DNA of 64,000 nt from Oscillospiraceae bacterium (GCA_035353335.1 DAOPZJ010000004.1:15555-79554); one strand, 5' to 3'; positions 43,137-52,300 are shown, numbered from the stretch's first letter. Numbers and translations are program-made. The notes: generated by a model from the sequence alone, not told the origin.

Positions 43137-44240
43137 TTGTTCGGTATTCAAACACGAATCGGAGATGGTGTTGTGGATAAAATAAAAAAACAGGGCATCG
43201 GATTTTTTGAAAAATATCTGACGGTTTGGGTGCTGTTATGTATGGCGGCGGGTATCTTGATCGGCAAATTTTTGCCCGGAATCCCCGGTTTTCTCGAAAA
43301 AATTCAATATGCGGGGCAAAATATCCCGATTGCCGTCCTCATTTGGATTATGATCTACCCGATGATGATGAAGATTGATTTTCAGTCCATAAAAAATGTG
43401 AGAAAGAACCCGCTCGGATTGGTGATTTCATCCGGAAACAGCTGGCTGGTAAAACCGTTTCTGATGTTCGGTCTGTCGTCTCTCTTTTTCTATGTCATCT
43501 TCAAAGCGTTTATCCCGCATGATTTGGCGCAAAGCTATGTGACAGGCGCCGTATTGCTGGGCGTTGCCCCGTGTACAGCAATGGTTTTTGTGTGGAGCAA
43601 CCTCACAAAGGGCGATCCCGCGCACACGCTGGTGCAGGTTTCCGTCAACGATCTGTTGATCATTGTTTTGTTTGTCCCGCTGACAACTCTACTGCTCGGA
43701 ATCAATCAAAGTCAAATCCCTTGGGATACACTGATTTTTTCCATCGTTCTCTTTGTCGTAATTCCTTTGTCGGCAGGCGCTGTAACGAGGAGTTTAATGA
43801 TCAGGAAAAAAGGTTTGGAATATTTCAACGAAAAGTTTGTTCCGAAATTCGACGGGATTACCACTTCCGGTTTGTTGCTGACGCTCGTTATCATTTTTAC
43901 ATTTCAAGGCGATGTGATTCTGGAAAATCCGTTTTATGTGCTCTTGATCGCCGTTCCGCTGATTCTTCAAAATATCATCTCCGCGACGATTGCCTATCAG
44001 TTGTGCAGGTGGGCGAAACTGCCTCATAACATTTCCGCGCCCGCCTCTCTGATCGCCGCTTCCGATTTCTTTGAATTGTCGGTGGCTGTCGCGATTTCGC
44101 TGTTCGGGCCGGATTCCCCGGTGGTGCTTGTCTGCACGGTCGGCGTACTGACAGAAGTTCCGGTGATGCTGCTGCTTGTGAAATTTATCAACAAAACAAA
44201 GCATTGGTTTCCCGAGACCGGCAAGGAAACAGCAAAATGA
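43137..44240 (+). CDS. acr3: ACR3-family arsenite efflux transporter
   Basis: FFEKYLTVWV, IAVLIWIMIYPMMMKIDF and GVAPCTAMV motifs. An alternative GTG start at 43173 has a GGAG RBS. Confidence 0.9.
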   Translation: MFGIQTRIGDGVVDKIKKQGIGFFEKYLTVWVLLCMAAGILIGKFLPGIPGFLEKIQYAGQNIPIAVLIWIMIYPMMMKIDFQSIKNVRKNPLGLVISSGNSWLVKPFLMFGLSSLFFYVIFKAFIPHDLAQSYVTGAVLLGVAPCTAMVFVWSNLTKGDPAHTLVQVSVNDLLIIVLFVPLTTLLLGINQSQIPWDTLIFSIVLFVVIPLSAGAVTRSLMIRKKGLEYFNEKFVPKFDGITTSGLLLTLVIIFTFQGDVILENPFYVLLIAVPLILQNIISATIAYQLCRWAKLPHNISAPASLIAASDFFELSVAVAISLFGPDSPVVLVCTVGVLTEVPVMLLLVKFINKTKHWFPETGKETAK

Positions 44241-44635
44241 AGAAAGTCGCTTTTATCTGCGTCCATAACTCCTGCCGAAGTCAAATCGCCGAGGCGCTCG
44301 GAAAGCATTTCGCCGCAGATGTTTTTCAGAGTTATTCCGCAGGCACGGAAGTAAAAGACCGCATTAATCCCGACACCGTTCGGCTGATGAAGCAGCTTTA
44401 TGGAATCGACATGGAGTTGACCCAGCGTCCCAAGCTGCTCGCCGATCTGCCGCCGGTGGATGTGGTCATCACGATGGGCTGCAATGTCGAGTGTCCTTAT
44501 CTGCCGTGTAAACGTCGGGAGGATTGGGGACTCGACGATCCTACAGGCAAATCGGATGATCATTTCATTACTGTAATCAAAACGATTGAATCAAAAATCA
44601 TTTCTTTAAAGACGGAACTTGGGGGGCGTTCATGA
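44237..44635 (+). CDS. arsC: Arsenate reductase, low-molecular-weight phosphatase (thioredoxin-coupled) type
   Basis: MKKVAFICVHNSCRSQIAEA carries the CX5R P-loop. ATGA overlap with the acr3 stop. Confidence 0.85.
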   Translation: MKKVAFICVHNSCRSQIAEALGKHFAADVFQSYSAGTEVKDRINPDTVRLMKQLYGIDMELTQRPKLLADLPPVDVVITMGCNVECPYLPCKRREDWGLDDPTGKSDDHFITVIKTIESKIISLKTELGGRS

Positions 44636-44853
44636 AAAGAGCAATTATAAATTCCGCGATATGTGAAAATTGCAGCCCTTGTAATGTGGAAATTAATTGT
44701 CCTAATAATGCGGTAATCAGAGAAACAAATAGCGATAAACCATGGATAGATTTTTATAAATGCTGCGGGTGTATGAAATGTAAATCTTTTTGTCTCATTA
44801 AAGCGATTGAAGAAATTTCTCGTCCTTGCGGTGAGAAAAGAAAAGGCTGGTAA
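44632..44853 (+). CDS. Small Cys-rich 4Fe-4S-like protein
   Basis: CENCSPCNVEINCP and CCGCMKCKSFC motifs. 4-nt overlap with arsC. Confidence 0.55.
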   Translation: MKRAIINSAICENCSPCNVEINCPNNAVIRETNSDKPWIDFYKCCGCMKCKSFCLIKAIEEISRPCGEKRKGW

Positions 44854-45018
44854 TAGTTTCGCTGGTTCCAATTTTTAAGGTTATCATGCGATCGGAGTTT
44901 ATAGAGCAAGGCGATTTGACAACAAATCGCCTTTACTATTTTGCGTCAGTCTTCGGATTGACATCGTAAGCAATCGCTTTTATAATGAAATTAACGGAAG
45001 AAGATCGAAGGGGTTGCG

Positions 45019-45792
45019 ATGGAGCAAAACAATATGGTCGACCTGGTTATTTTTATAGGGCAGTCGAATATGTCCGGGCGGGGGAATGCCGCCGAAAGCG
45101 TCGTGTGCAAAAGCGGACATGGCTATGAGTTCCGCGCCGTCAGCGACCCAACCCGGCTGTATGATCTTGTCGAGCCGTTCGGCGTCAATGAGCATAACCC
45201 CGAGAGCGGCGTCAACGACCATGCGATGGCAGGTTCCATGGTTTCGGCTCTTTGCGAGTCCTATTTTTCCCTGACAAACATCCCGATCGTCGCGGTATCG
45301 TGCAGCATGGGCGGAACCGACACCGAATTCTGGCATCCCGATAAACCGCCGATTCAAGACGCAATAGCCCGTTTGAAAGCAGCAGAGAAGTATTTAACTG
45401 ATCATAGTTATTCGATTCGGCACCGGTTTATGATCTGGTGCCAGGGTGAGCAGGACGGGTTTAATGGACTGCCGGGCGAGGAGTACAACGTCCGGCTGAC
45501 TGCGATTATCAATCGAATGAAAACGGCCGGAATCGAGAAATGCTTTGTCATTCAAATCGGGCACCAACGCGATAATGACTCTTTCGATGAGATTATCGCG
45601 GCACAGGAAACACTCTGCCGTGAAAATCCAGACGCGGTTTTAGCCTCGGTCAGGTTTTCCGAAATGCGGGAATTGATGAAAGACAACTGCCATTTTACGC
45701 AGCAGGGGTATAATATCACAGGTGCCGACGCAGGATTGAATATGGCGCGGTGTGTTTTGACCGGTAAAAAACCGCTGCTATACCGTAAATAA
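45019..45792 (+). CDS. Sialate O-acetylesterase-like (DUF303/SGNH-type) carbohydrate esterase
   Basis: The LVIFIGQSNMSGRG motif and WCQGEQD. Confidence 0.7.
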   Translation: MEQNNMVDLVIFIGQSNMSGRGNAAESVVCKSGHGYEFRAVSDPTRLYDLVEPFGVNEHNPESGVNDHAMAGSMVSALCESYFSLTNIPIVAVSCSMGGTDTEFWHPDKPPIQDAIARLKAAEKYLTDHSYSIRHRFMIWCQGEQDGFNGLPGEEYNVRLTAIINRMKTAGIEKCFVIQIGHQRDNDSFDEIIAAQETLCRENPDAVLASVRFSEMRELMKDNCHFTQQGYNITGADAGLNMARCVLTGKKPLLYRK

Positions 45793-45847
45793 TCACATTT
45801 CCGCTGTTTCATCAACTCTAATAAAAGTTTTGATTGGAGGGATTCGA

Positions 45848-47686
45848 GTGAGTAAAATATTTCAATCGGTCTTTCATGTTTTTGCGGGCGCATGGAAAGC
45901 ATTGAAACGATATCCGGTCTCTATCGGCTGCGCAGCGGCTTTTTCGGTTGTGGTGCTGATCCGGATTCAGCTTGACTGGCAGCAGCAGGAGCCGTATAAC
46001 TTCTTGTTCAACTGTCTGAACTGGTCGTTTGCGCTCGGAGCCATCGTCAGTCTGGCTGCGGTCGTATTGGCTGTCAGCCGCTTCGGGGGTAATAAGGTAT
46101 TTATTATCGCCAATCTATTCGGCATTATTGCCGCCGCTGTGACATTTGCTTTGCTGTACTTCCTTCCCGAATTCAATGCCCCAAACAGCTATGCAATGCT
46201 CAGAAGTATTGCCCAAATTCGCGTCGCCGTGCTGATTTTAATCAGCTTAATCCTGTTTATCCTTTTCGCGGGTTTCCGCGAACACCGAACCGAGTTTGAT
46301 TCGGCTCTGTTCATGGCGGAAAAGGCCTTTTTTATCTCTCTGATTTACGGACTTGTCATTTTTGCAGGTACGTCCGGCATTGCCGCGGCATTTAAATATC
46401 TGATTTACAGTGACATGAGCGAAAAAGTGTATCAATATATCGGTACGCTGTCGGGGCTCATCGGATATACACTGTTTGTCGGATATTTCCCGGACTTCAC
46501 TAAGGGCATTGACGACCCGAGACGGGACGAAGCGCAGCGGCAGCCGCGGTTTATTGAGATTCTGTTTTCCTACATCATGATCCCGATTGTTTTGGTCCTG
46601 ACGCTCGTATTGCTCATTTGGACGGGGCGGACCGTTCTGACCGGGATGCAGGTCGAATTCATTCAGCTTTATTCCATTGCGGCAGCATACACCCTCGGCG
46701 GTCTGTGGCTGCATGCAATGACCATCCGCAGCGAATCTGCCCTCGCAAAAATATACCGGATTGTCTACCCGATCGCCTCTTTCATCATCCTGATCTTTGA
46801 GGCCTGGGCGGTGATCCGTCAGCTTCTGAATACCGGTTTAAAGACGACCGAATATATTTTTATCCTCTTGTGGGTGCTTGCGTTCGTGGGGTCTATATCG
46901 ATTCTCACGAAAAAACTGCGCGCGCATGTTTTTATTGCGCTGACGGCATGTTTTCTGGCGGCCATATCGATTCTGCCGGTTATCGGTTATCGGGATTTAC
47001 CGGTCACTGCTCAAATCAACCGGTTGGAAAAACTATTGGTCAGTCAGGATATGCTGCCGGGCAATACCTTGTCAAAAGCCAAGACAGAACCCGTAGAATC
47101 GATAAAAATCGCCGTTACCGACGCGGTGTATTATCTCATCAACGAAGACCAAAACAGATTGCCGGTATGGTTCGATGCGGCCGCGGTTAAAGAAAAGGGT
47201 TTTAAAGAGGTCTTCGGGTTTGAGCAAACCCAAGCACAAACGCAAAATCCCGAAACGCCCGAAACCCCTAAAAGTCTGTTTATCTCTCTCAACTCATCAG
47301 CAATGCCGATTAAAGATTACGATTGGGTTGTCGGCTTCCGGAAAAACGGTTCGGAACCGATTCGATTCACCGGTAAAAACGGCGATTACGAAGTAAAATG
47401 GATCACGGAGTCGGAGAAAAAAGCCCCCTTAATCAGCATTTCATTGAATGGTCAGGTACTGATCGAGCAGAGTTTGGATAACTATTTTAAAAAAATGACC
47501 GAGCAATACGGGCTAAATGTGAAAGATTCCATCACCGGAACTTTGGACAATATGAGCATTGGCTTTGAAACCGACTCGTTCAAAGCCCTGTTGGTTTTAA
47601 ATTCGGTGCAAATTTCGGTGAACACATCAACCGGAGAGGACTTTTATTGGGCTGAACCGGGAGTGCTGTATATTTCGGAAAAATAA
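45848..47686 (+). CDS. Large polytopic membrane protein (tentatively DUF4153-like) with soluble C-terminal domain
   Basis: GTG start with a GGAGGG RBS. About 10-12 TM segments, then roughly 230 soluble residues. Confidence 0.5.
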   Translation: MSKIFQSVFHVFAGAWKALKRYPVSIGCAAAFSVVVLIRIQLDWQQQEPYNFLFNCLNWSFALGAIVSLAAVVLAVSRFGGNKVFIIANLFGIIAAAVTFALLYFLPEFNAPNSYAMLRSIAQIRVAVLILISLILFILFAGFREHRTEFDSALFMAEKAFFISLIYGLVIFAGTSGIAAAFKYLIYSDMSEKVYQYIGTLSGLIGYTLFVGYFPDFTKGIDDPRRDEAQRQPRFIEILFSYIMIPIVLVLTLVLLIWTGRTVLTGMQVEFIQLYSIAAAYTLGGLWLHAMTIRSESALAKIYRIVYPIASFIILIFEAWAVIRQLLNTGLKTTEYIFILLWVLAFVGSISILTKKLRAHVFIALTACFLAAISILPVIGYRDLPVTAQINRLEKLLVSQDMLPGNTLSKAKTEPVESIKIAVTDAVYYLINEDQNRLPVWFDAAAVKEKGFKEVFGFEQTQAQTQNPETPETPKSLFISLNSSAMPIKDYDWVVGFRKNGSEPIRFTGKNGDYEVKWITESEKKAPLISISLNGQVLIEQSLDNYFKKMTEQYGLNVKDSITGTLDNMSIGFETDSFKALLVLNSVQISVNTSTGEDFYWAEPGVLYISEK

Positions 47687-47717
47687 ATTAAAATTGCCGA
47701 TTATATCATTACGAGGG

Positions 47718-48176
47718 CTAGGCTTCAGAGGATTCGGCCTGCTCTTTTTTGGCTTGCTTTTCGGCAAGCTTATTGGTATCAATGGTATTGCGGAAAACCA
47801 CAAACCGCTGGAATAAAAACTCGGTCACAAAATTAATAAACATGTTAATAAAGGTCACTAAATATTCGTTCCAAAGCAGGTCTTCGACCAACCAATCGCC
47901 GAAAACGGTTGAAAGCGGCGTGAAAATGGCATAATAACCGAATACCTTGAGCATTGCGATCGGCACGTTGTTCGCGGATTTAAAAGTGAATTTACTGTTT
48001 AGGGTGAAATTCCAAAGGACGGACAGCACCAGCGCGATCAGATAACTTCCCCAATAAGGCAGCCGGATGATTTCGTTCAGGAAAGCGAAGCTGCCCATCT
48101 GGATGAGACCCGCGCTGACGGAAAACAACAAAAACTTAATCCACCGCCAAAATTCTTTTATGTTCTGCTTTTTCAT
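47718..48176 (-). CDS. GtrA-family membrane protein
   Basis: 152 aa with four TM helices. The pattern FLLFSVSAGLIQMGSFAFL...FQRFVVF is typical of GtrA-like proteins. Confidence 0.75.
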   Translation of the reverse strand: MKKQNIKEFWRWIKFLLFSVSAGLIQMGSFAFLNEIIRLPYWGSYLIALVLSVLWNFTLNSKFTFKSANNVPIAMLKVFGYYAIFTPLSTVFGDWLVEDLLWNEYLVTFINMFINFVTEFLFQRFVVFRNTIDTNKLAEKQAKKEQAESSEA

Positions 48177-48337
48177 TTCAATTCCGCCTTTCGCGGCTTT
48201 TGGAATTATTATAGCATAAATGGGCAGGCAGTCAAATAGTCAAATATATCGTAAAAACCCGCAAGCCACGGCATTTGCCATGGCTTGCGGGTTTTCTATA
48301 TCGGAGGACTGTTGATGTATCATCAAGTAAAGATTAT

Positions 48338-49504
48338 TTATCCTTTGCCTTTTACGCCGTTGTTGGCACCGTTATTACCGTTCGGAGTGCTCACGCAGGA
48401 AGATGAACAAGACGAGGGGCAGGAGGATGTGCAGGAAGACGGGCAGGAGGATGTGCAGCTGCTTGTGTTCTTATTATTACCATACCCGTTGCCGTTACCA
48501 TTGCCGTTATTTCCGGGTGTCGTCGAAGATGCGGTCGGTTTGTTTCCCTTGTTTTCTTTCTCTTTTTCCTGGTTAGAAGAGGTCTTATTCGAGTTTTTGT
48601 TTTGATTGCCGTTTCCGCTTTGGCCGATCGTGCCGCTTTGGCCGATGGTCACGTCTTCGTCATCATCTTTCAATCCTTGGGTTTTCAAAGCTGCGTTGCG
48701 GATGCGCTGGAGCGAATCGGCATTAGAGCCGTTGCCCTGGCCGTTGCCGTTGCCGTTGTTTCCGGGTTGATTGCCGAGCAGTGCGTTTCCTGCCGCGATG
48801 ATTTCGCTGATCTTGGCGTTTTTATATTGTTCAATGGTGATCGAGGGGTCAAGGGACTGCAGGATTTGAATCAGTTTATACTTTCCGGGAGACACGCCGA
48901 GTTCCCGCGCTTTCTGTGCGAAATGCAGGGTGATTGCATCGGTGTAGACGGTCGCAGTGGTTTCGCCTTTGTTTAAAGTAAGCGTAATACAATTTTCACA
49001 GATGGTTTGAATCCGTGCGGCTGTTTGTTCGTTGTTGGATTCGGCGGTGACTGCAATGACCGAAGAGCCGTCATCCTTGATGTAGCCCTGAGCGCCGGCT
49101 TGCTCGACCAGACCGCTGACGGCGTCTTCCAAAGACAGATTTTTGACATCGACTCCGGCAAGCAGATTTTCACCGTCGTCGTTATAGGCCTTCGCCGAGA
49201 CAACGCTTCCGAAGGCGTTGACGCCGAGTTCCACACTCGGATTGATGTCAACACTGACATAATTGACAGGGGTGGCGTAAAGGACGAACCCACCGACCGT
49301 AAGCAGCGCGCAGGCGGCGACGGCAGAGATGGCACCGAGGATTTTCTTCATAAACGGATTCTCCTTTTTATTTGTTTTAGTCCGGATGGTTCCCATGCGC
49401 TCATATTCCGATTTCGCAAGTTCCGTCCGAACGAAGGCCTTGGTCTTTTCTTTCAAGGTCCCTTCGGCTTTGATTTTGTTCAAATCATCGGAAAAGGATG
49501 TCAT
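48338..49504 (-). CDS. Membrane-anchored anti-sigma factor-like protein with low-complexity Gly/Asn and Cys/Ser-repeat tail
   Basis: 4-nt overlap with the ECF sigma gene. One TM helix (ILGAISAVAACALLTVGGFVLY), an extracytoplasmic domain, then GNNGNGNGQGNG ... CTSSCPSSCTSSCPSSCSSSC. Confidence 0.65.
   Translation of the reverse strand: MTSFSDDLNKIKAEGTLKEKTKAFVRTELAKSEYERMGTIRTKTNKKENPFMKKILGAISAVAACALLTVGGFVLYATPVNYVSVDINPSVELGVNAFGSVVSAKAYNDDGENLLAGVDVKNLSLEDAVSGLVEQAGAQGYIKDDGSSVIAVTAESNNEQTAARIQTICENCITLTLNKGETTATVYTDAITLHFAQKARELGVSPGKYKLIQILQSLDPSITIEQYKNAKISEIIAAGNALLGNQPGNNGNGNGQGNGSNADSLQRIRNAALKTQGLKDDDEDVTIGQSGTIGQSGNGNQNKNSNKTSSNQEKEKENKGNKPTASSTTPGNNGNGNGNGYGNNKNTSSCTSSCPSSCTSSCPSSCSSSCVSTPNGNNGANNGVKGKG
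48396..48467. repeat. Three degenerate 24-bp tandem units inside the anti-sigma gene
   Basis: CAGGAGGATGTGCAGGAAGACGGG x about 3. On the minus strand these encode the CTSSCPSS repeats. Confidence 0.7.
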
Positions 49505-50001
49505 TCGAGTTCACTCACTTTCTTTTTCAGGCGGGACTTTGCGCGGCGGAGCAAGGAATAGGCAGTGTTCGGGTTGATTTGCATGATTTTTGCGATCTCC
49601 GGGATCGGTCTGCCCTCGTAATAATGCAGGTAGACAACCTCTTTTTGATCGGGAGGCAGTTCCAGCACCGCTTTTGTCACATCGCTCTGCTCGGGGAGTT
49701 CATAAGGGATCTCCTGTTCGTCGATATCGACAACGTTTTTGCGCCAAAAGCTCTTGTGCAGGTCTTTGCATTGATTGAATGCAACGCGGCACAGCCACGC
49801 TTTTTGGTGTTCCTCGCTCTCGAATGTGTCGAAGTTTTGGAAAAACTTCAGAAACACTTCTTGAAACACATCCTCGACGTCGGCGTTGTTTTTCAGGTAA
49901 AGAAAGCAGATACGGCGGACCATGTCGGAGTATTTTTCAATTGCCGTCGTGATGTAGTCGTTGGAACCGGATGGACTCACTGCCTTCCCCCCTTCCACCA
50001 T
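49501..50001 (-). CDS. ECF (sigma-70 family, group 4) RNA polymerase sigma factor
   Basis: Region 2 (DVEDVFQEVFLKF) and region 4 (EGRPIPEIAKIMQINPNTAYSLLRRAKSRL). Confidence 0.85.
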   Translation of the reverse strand: MVEGGKAVSPSGSNDYITTAIEKYSDMVRRICFLYLKNNADVEDVFQEVFLKFFQNFDTFESEEHQKAWLCRVAFNQCKDLHKSFWRKNVVDIDEQEIPYELPEQSDVTKAVLELPPDQKEVVYLHYYEGRPIPEIAKIMQINPNTAYSLLRRAKSRLKKKVSELE

Positions 50002-50122
50002 AAATACGAATGAAAGTGACGAATCCGTTTATGATTTAAAAAAATTTTATCATATTTTTTTATTTTTCACAAGAAAGCCGCAAAGGCCATCTGTCCTTTG
50101 CGGCTTAATCAATGAAGTCTAT

Positions 50123-50167
50123 GTAGGGCGGGATGCATCGAACCGTGTCGGTTCGTTACATCCCGCC
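50123..50167 (+). repeat. REP-like element, copy 3 (long hairpin)
   Basis: GTAGGGCGGGATGCATCGAACCGTGTCGGTTCGTTACATCCCGCC. Confidence 0.6.
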
Positions 50168-50215
50168 GCAAATCTTTTTTAACAACGATTTCAGAACCTC
50201 AGTGATTATTTAAAT

Positions 50216-50263
50216 GTAGGGCGATTCATAATCGCCCGCTGTGATTATATGATATCACCCTAC
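50216..50263. repeat. REP-like pair: GTAGGGCGATTCATAATCGCCC plus inverted GTAGGGTG head
   Basis: GTAGGGCGAT-TCATA-ATCGCCC, then GTGATTATATGATATCACCCTAC. Confidence 0.6.
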
Positions 50264-50284
50264 ATTTTTCTTGCCAACATGTTT

Positions 50285-52300
50285 TTAAAGATTTAATAAT
50301 TTCATAACCTCGGCATTATCTTTGACAAACAACGGGATCACCCCGAGCGGCGCGTCGACGGTAACGATCTGCCCGCCCTGATATGCCTGTTTGCTCCATG
50401 CATCCGTCCATGTCGCGCCTGCGGGCAGATAAACGGTCTTTTTCGTCTCACCCTCGCCGGTAACCGGGGCGACCAGCAGATCATGTCCGAACAGGTAGGC
50501 GTCTTCAACCTTCCATGCGGTCTCGTCATTCGGGAAATCATAAAAGAACGGCTTCATCACCGGAGTGCCTTTTTCGTGGGCTTCGGCCATCGTCTGTTTG
50601 ATGTAGGGTTTGAGGCGGTCGCGAAGTAAGATATACTTACACAAAATTTCCTCGACCTGCGGTGTAAAACTCCAGATTTCGTTCGGGCCGCCGGTCGAAC
50701 AGGTGCCGCCGCCCTTGGGGCCGAGTTTGGTCTTGTCGCGCGGGGTGCGATCGCCGTGCAGCCGCATGACCGGGCAAAAGGTGCCGAACTCAAACCAGCG
50801 CATGAGCAGCTCATGAAAGCGCGGGTCGTGGACATTGCCGCTGTGAAAGCCGCCGATGTCGGAATTCCACCACGGGATGCCCGCAAGCCCGGTGTTCAAG
50901 CCTGCCGGAATCTGATTGCGCAGCTGCGTGAAAGTGGACGAGGTATCGCCCGACCAGAGCAGCGCCCCGTATTTCTGAGAACCCGCCCAAGCACAGCGGA
51001 TCAAGCTGATCGGGTTTTCGACGCCCGCAGCTCTCTCGCCGTCGTAAAAGGCCTTGGCGAACCCGATCGAAAAAACGTTTGCGCATTCGAGCGCGCTGCC
51101 CGCGTAATAACGATAGATATCAAAATCGGGATTGGTGAAGTTGGGCTCGGCTTCGTCGAGCCAAAATAACGCCGCGCCGTTATCAAAATAGTTCTTTTTA
51201 CAGGCGTCCCAGACATATTTCTGCGCTTCGGGATTTGTCATGTCGACAAACTGAGTGTAGCCGATACAGTCCTGCGTAAATTTAAGGCCGCGGTCGACCC
51301 GCACCGGCAGGCCGCGGTCGGTCATCTCTATGAAATTTTCGGAACCCGGTTCGAGTGTAGGCCATACCGAGACCATCAGCTTCATGCCCATATCGTCGAG
51401 CTCACGCGCCATCGCCGCCGGGTCGGGCCAGTAGTCGAGGTCGAATTTCCAGTCGCCCTGAAAAGGCCAGTGGAAAAAGTCCGCCACAATCACCCCGACC
51501 GGCAGGCTCCTGCGGTGATATTCGCGCGCCACGGACAGCAGTTCCTCCTGTGTGCGGTAACGCAGCTTACACTGCCAAAAGCCCATCGCAAAATCGGGCA
51601 TCATCGGGGCTGTGCCGCTCACCTTTGCATAATTTTCTTCAATTTCGGCGGGGGAATCTCCTGCGGTGATCCAGTAGTCGATCTGCTTGCCCGAGCAGGC
51701 GTGCCACTTGGTCAAATTCTTGCCGAATTCCGCGCTGCCGACGGCGGGATTATTCCATAAAAAGCCGTAACCCATACTCGAGATCAAAAACGGGATCGGC
51801 GCCTGGGTATTGCGCGGCGCGAGCTCGAGCGTGCAGCCCTTTATGTCGAGATAGGGCTGTTGAAACTGCCCCATGCCGAAGATGTGTTCTTTATCGTTGG
51901 AGTCAAAATGCACCGTGATCTCAAAATTTTCGCCCGGCAGTCCACGGTATTCACGGCCATATCTTCCTAGGTCGATGACCTGATTGAGGTCGTCACCGCC
52001 GTGCTGGGTGCTGCGGTAATATTCGCCGAGCAGCAATTCGTCTTTTTGGTTATAAAAACGCAGTTTGCCGAAGGAATTGATTTTGGCGGTGATTTTGCCG
52101 TTTGTGATAGCTGCAACATCGCCGCTAATTTCAATCACAGCTTCTTTTTTCGCCGGAATCGACAGCGCCCAATCGTTGTCCGCGAAAGCCGTGTTTTGAG
52201 TGGCAAGGACGCGGACGCCGTCGCCCCATGCCATCAGCTGCACAAGCTCCTTGCGCCGTCTGAAGTGCAAAACCTCGTTTTCGATTGAAAAATACTCCAT
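50285..52300 (-). CDS. Glycoside hydrolase family 31 (alpha-xylosidase/alpha-glucosidase-like)
   Basis: The ATG at 52300 has a GGAGG RBS and gives MEYFSIENEVLHF. FWLDEAEP and LWSGDTSS motifs. The track ORF extension to 52780 overlaps the divergent AraC gene. Confidence 0.85.
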   Translation of the reverse strand: MEYFSIENEVLHFRRRKELVQLMAWGDGVRVLATQNTAFADNDWALSIPAKKEAVIEISGDVAAITNGKITAKINSFGKLRFYNQKDELLLGEYYRSTQHGGDDLNQVIDLGRYGREYRGLPGENFEITVHFDSNDKEHIFGMGQFQQPYLDIKGCTLELAPRNTQAPIPFLISSMGYGFLWNNPAVGSAEFGKNLTKWHACSGKQIDYWITAGDSPAEIEENYAKVSGTAPMMPDFAMGFWQCKLRYRTQEELLSVAREYHRRSLPVGVIVADFFHWPFQGDWKFDLDYWPDPAAMARELDDMGMKLMVSVWPTLEPGSENFIEMTDRGLPVRVDRGLKFTQDCIGYTQFVDMTNPEAQKYVWDACKKNYFDNGAALFWLDEAEPNFTNPDFDIYRYYAGSALECANVFSIGFAKAFYDGERAAGVENPISLIRCAWAGSQKYGALLWSGDTSSTFTQLRNQIPAGLNTGLAGIPWWNSDIGGFHSGNVHDPRFHELLMRWFEFGTFCPVMRLHGDRTPRDKTKLGPKGGGTCSTGGPNEIWSFTPQVEEILCKYILLRDRLKPYIKQTMAEAHEKGTPVMKPFFYDFPNDETAWKVEDAYLFGHDLLVAPVTGEGETKKTVYLPAGATWTDAWSKQAYQGGQIVTVDAPLGVIPLFVKDNAEVMKLLNL

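Noticed and set aside
48285-48605. A plus-strand 106-aa ORF with EDEQDEGQEDVQEDGQEDVQ and LPLPLPL repeats.
   Set aside because: It is the antisense reading of the tandem-repeat tail of the anti-sigma gene. It has no RBS and no independent support.
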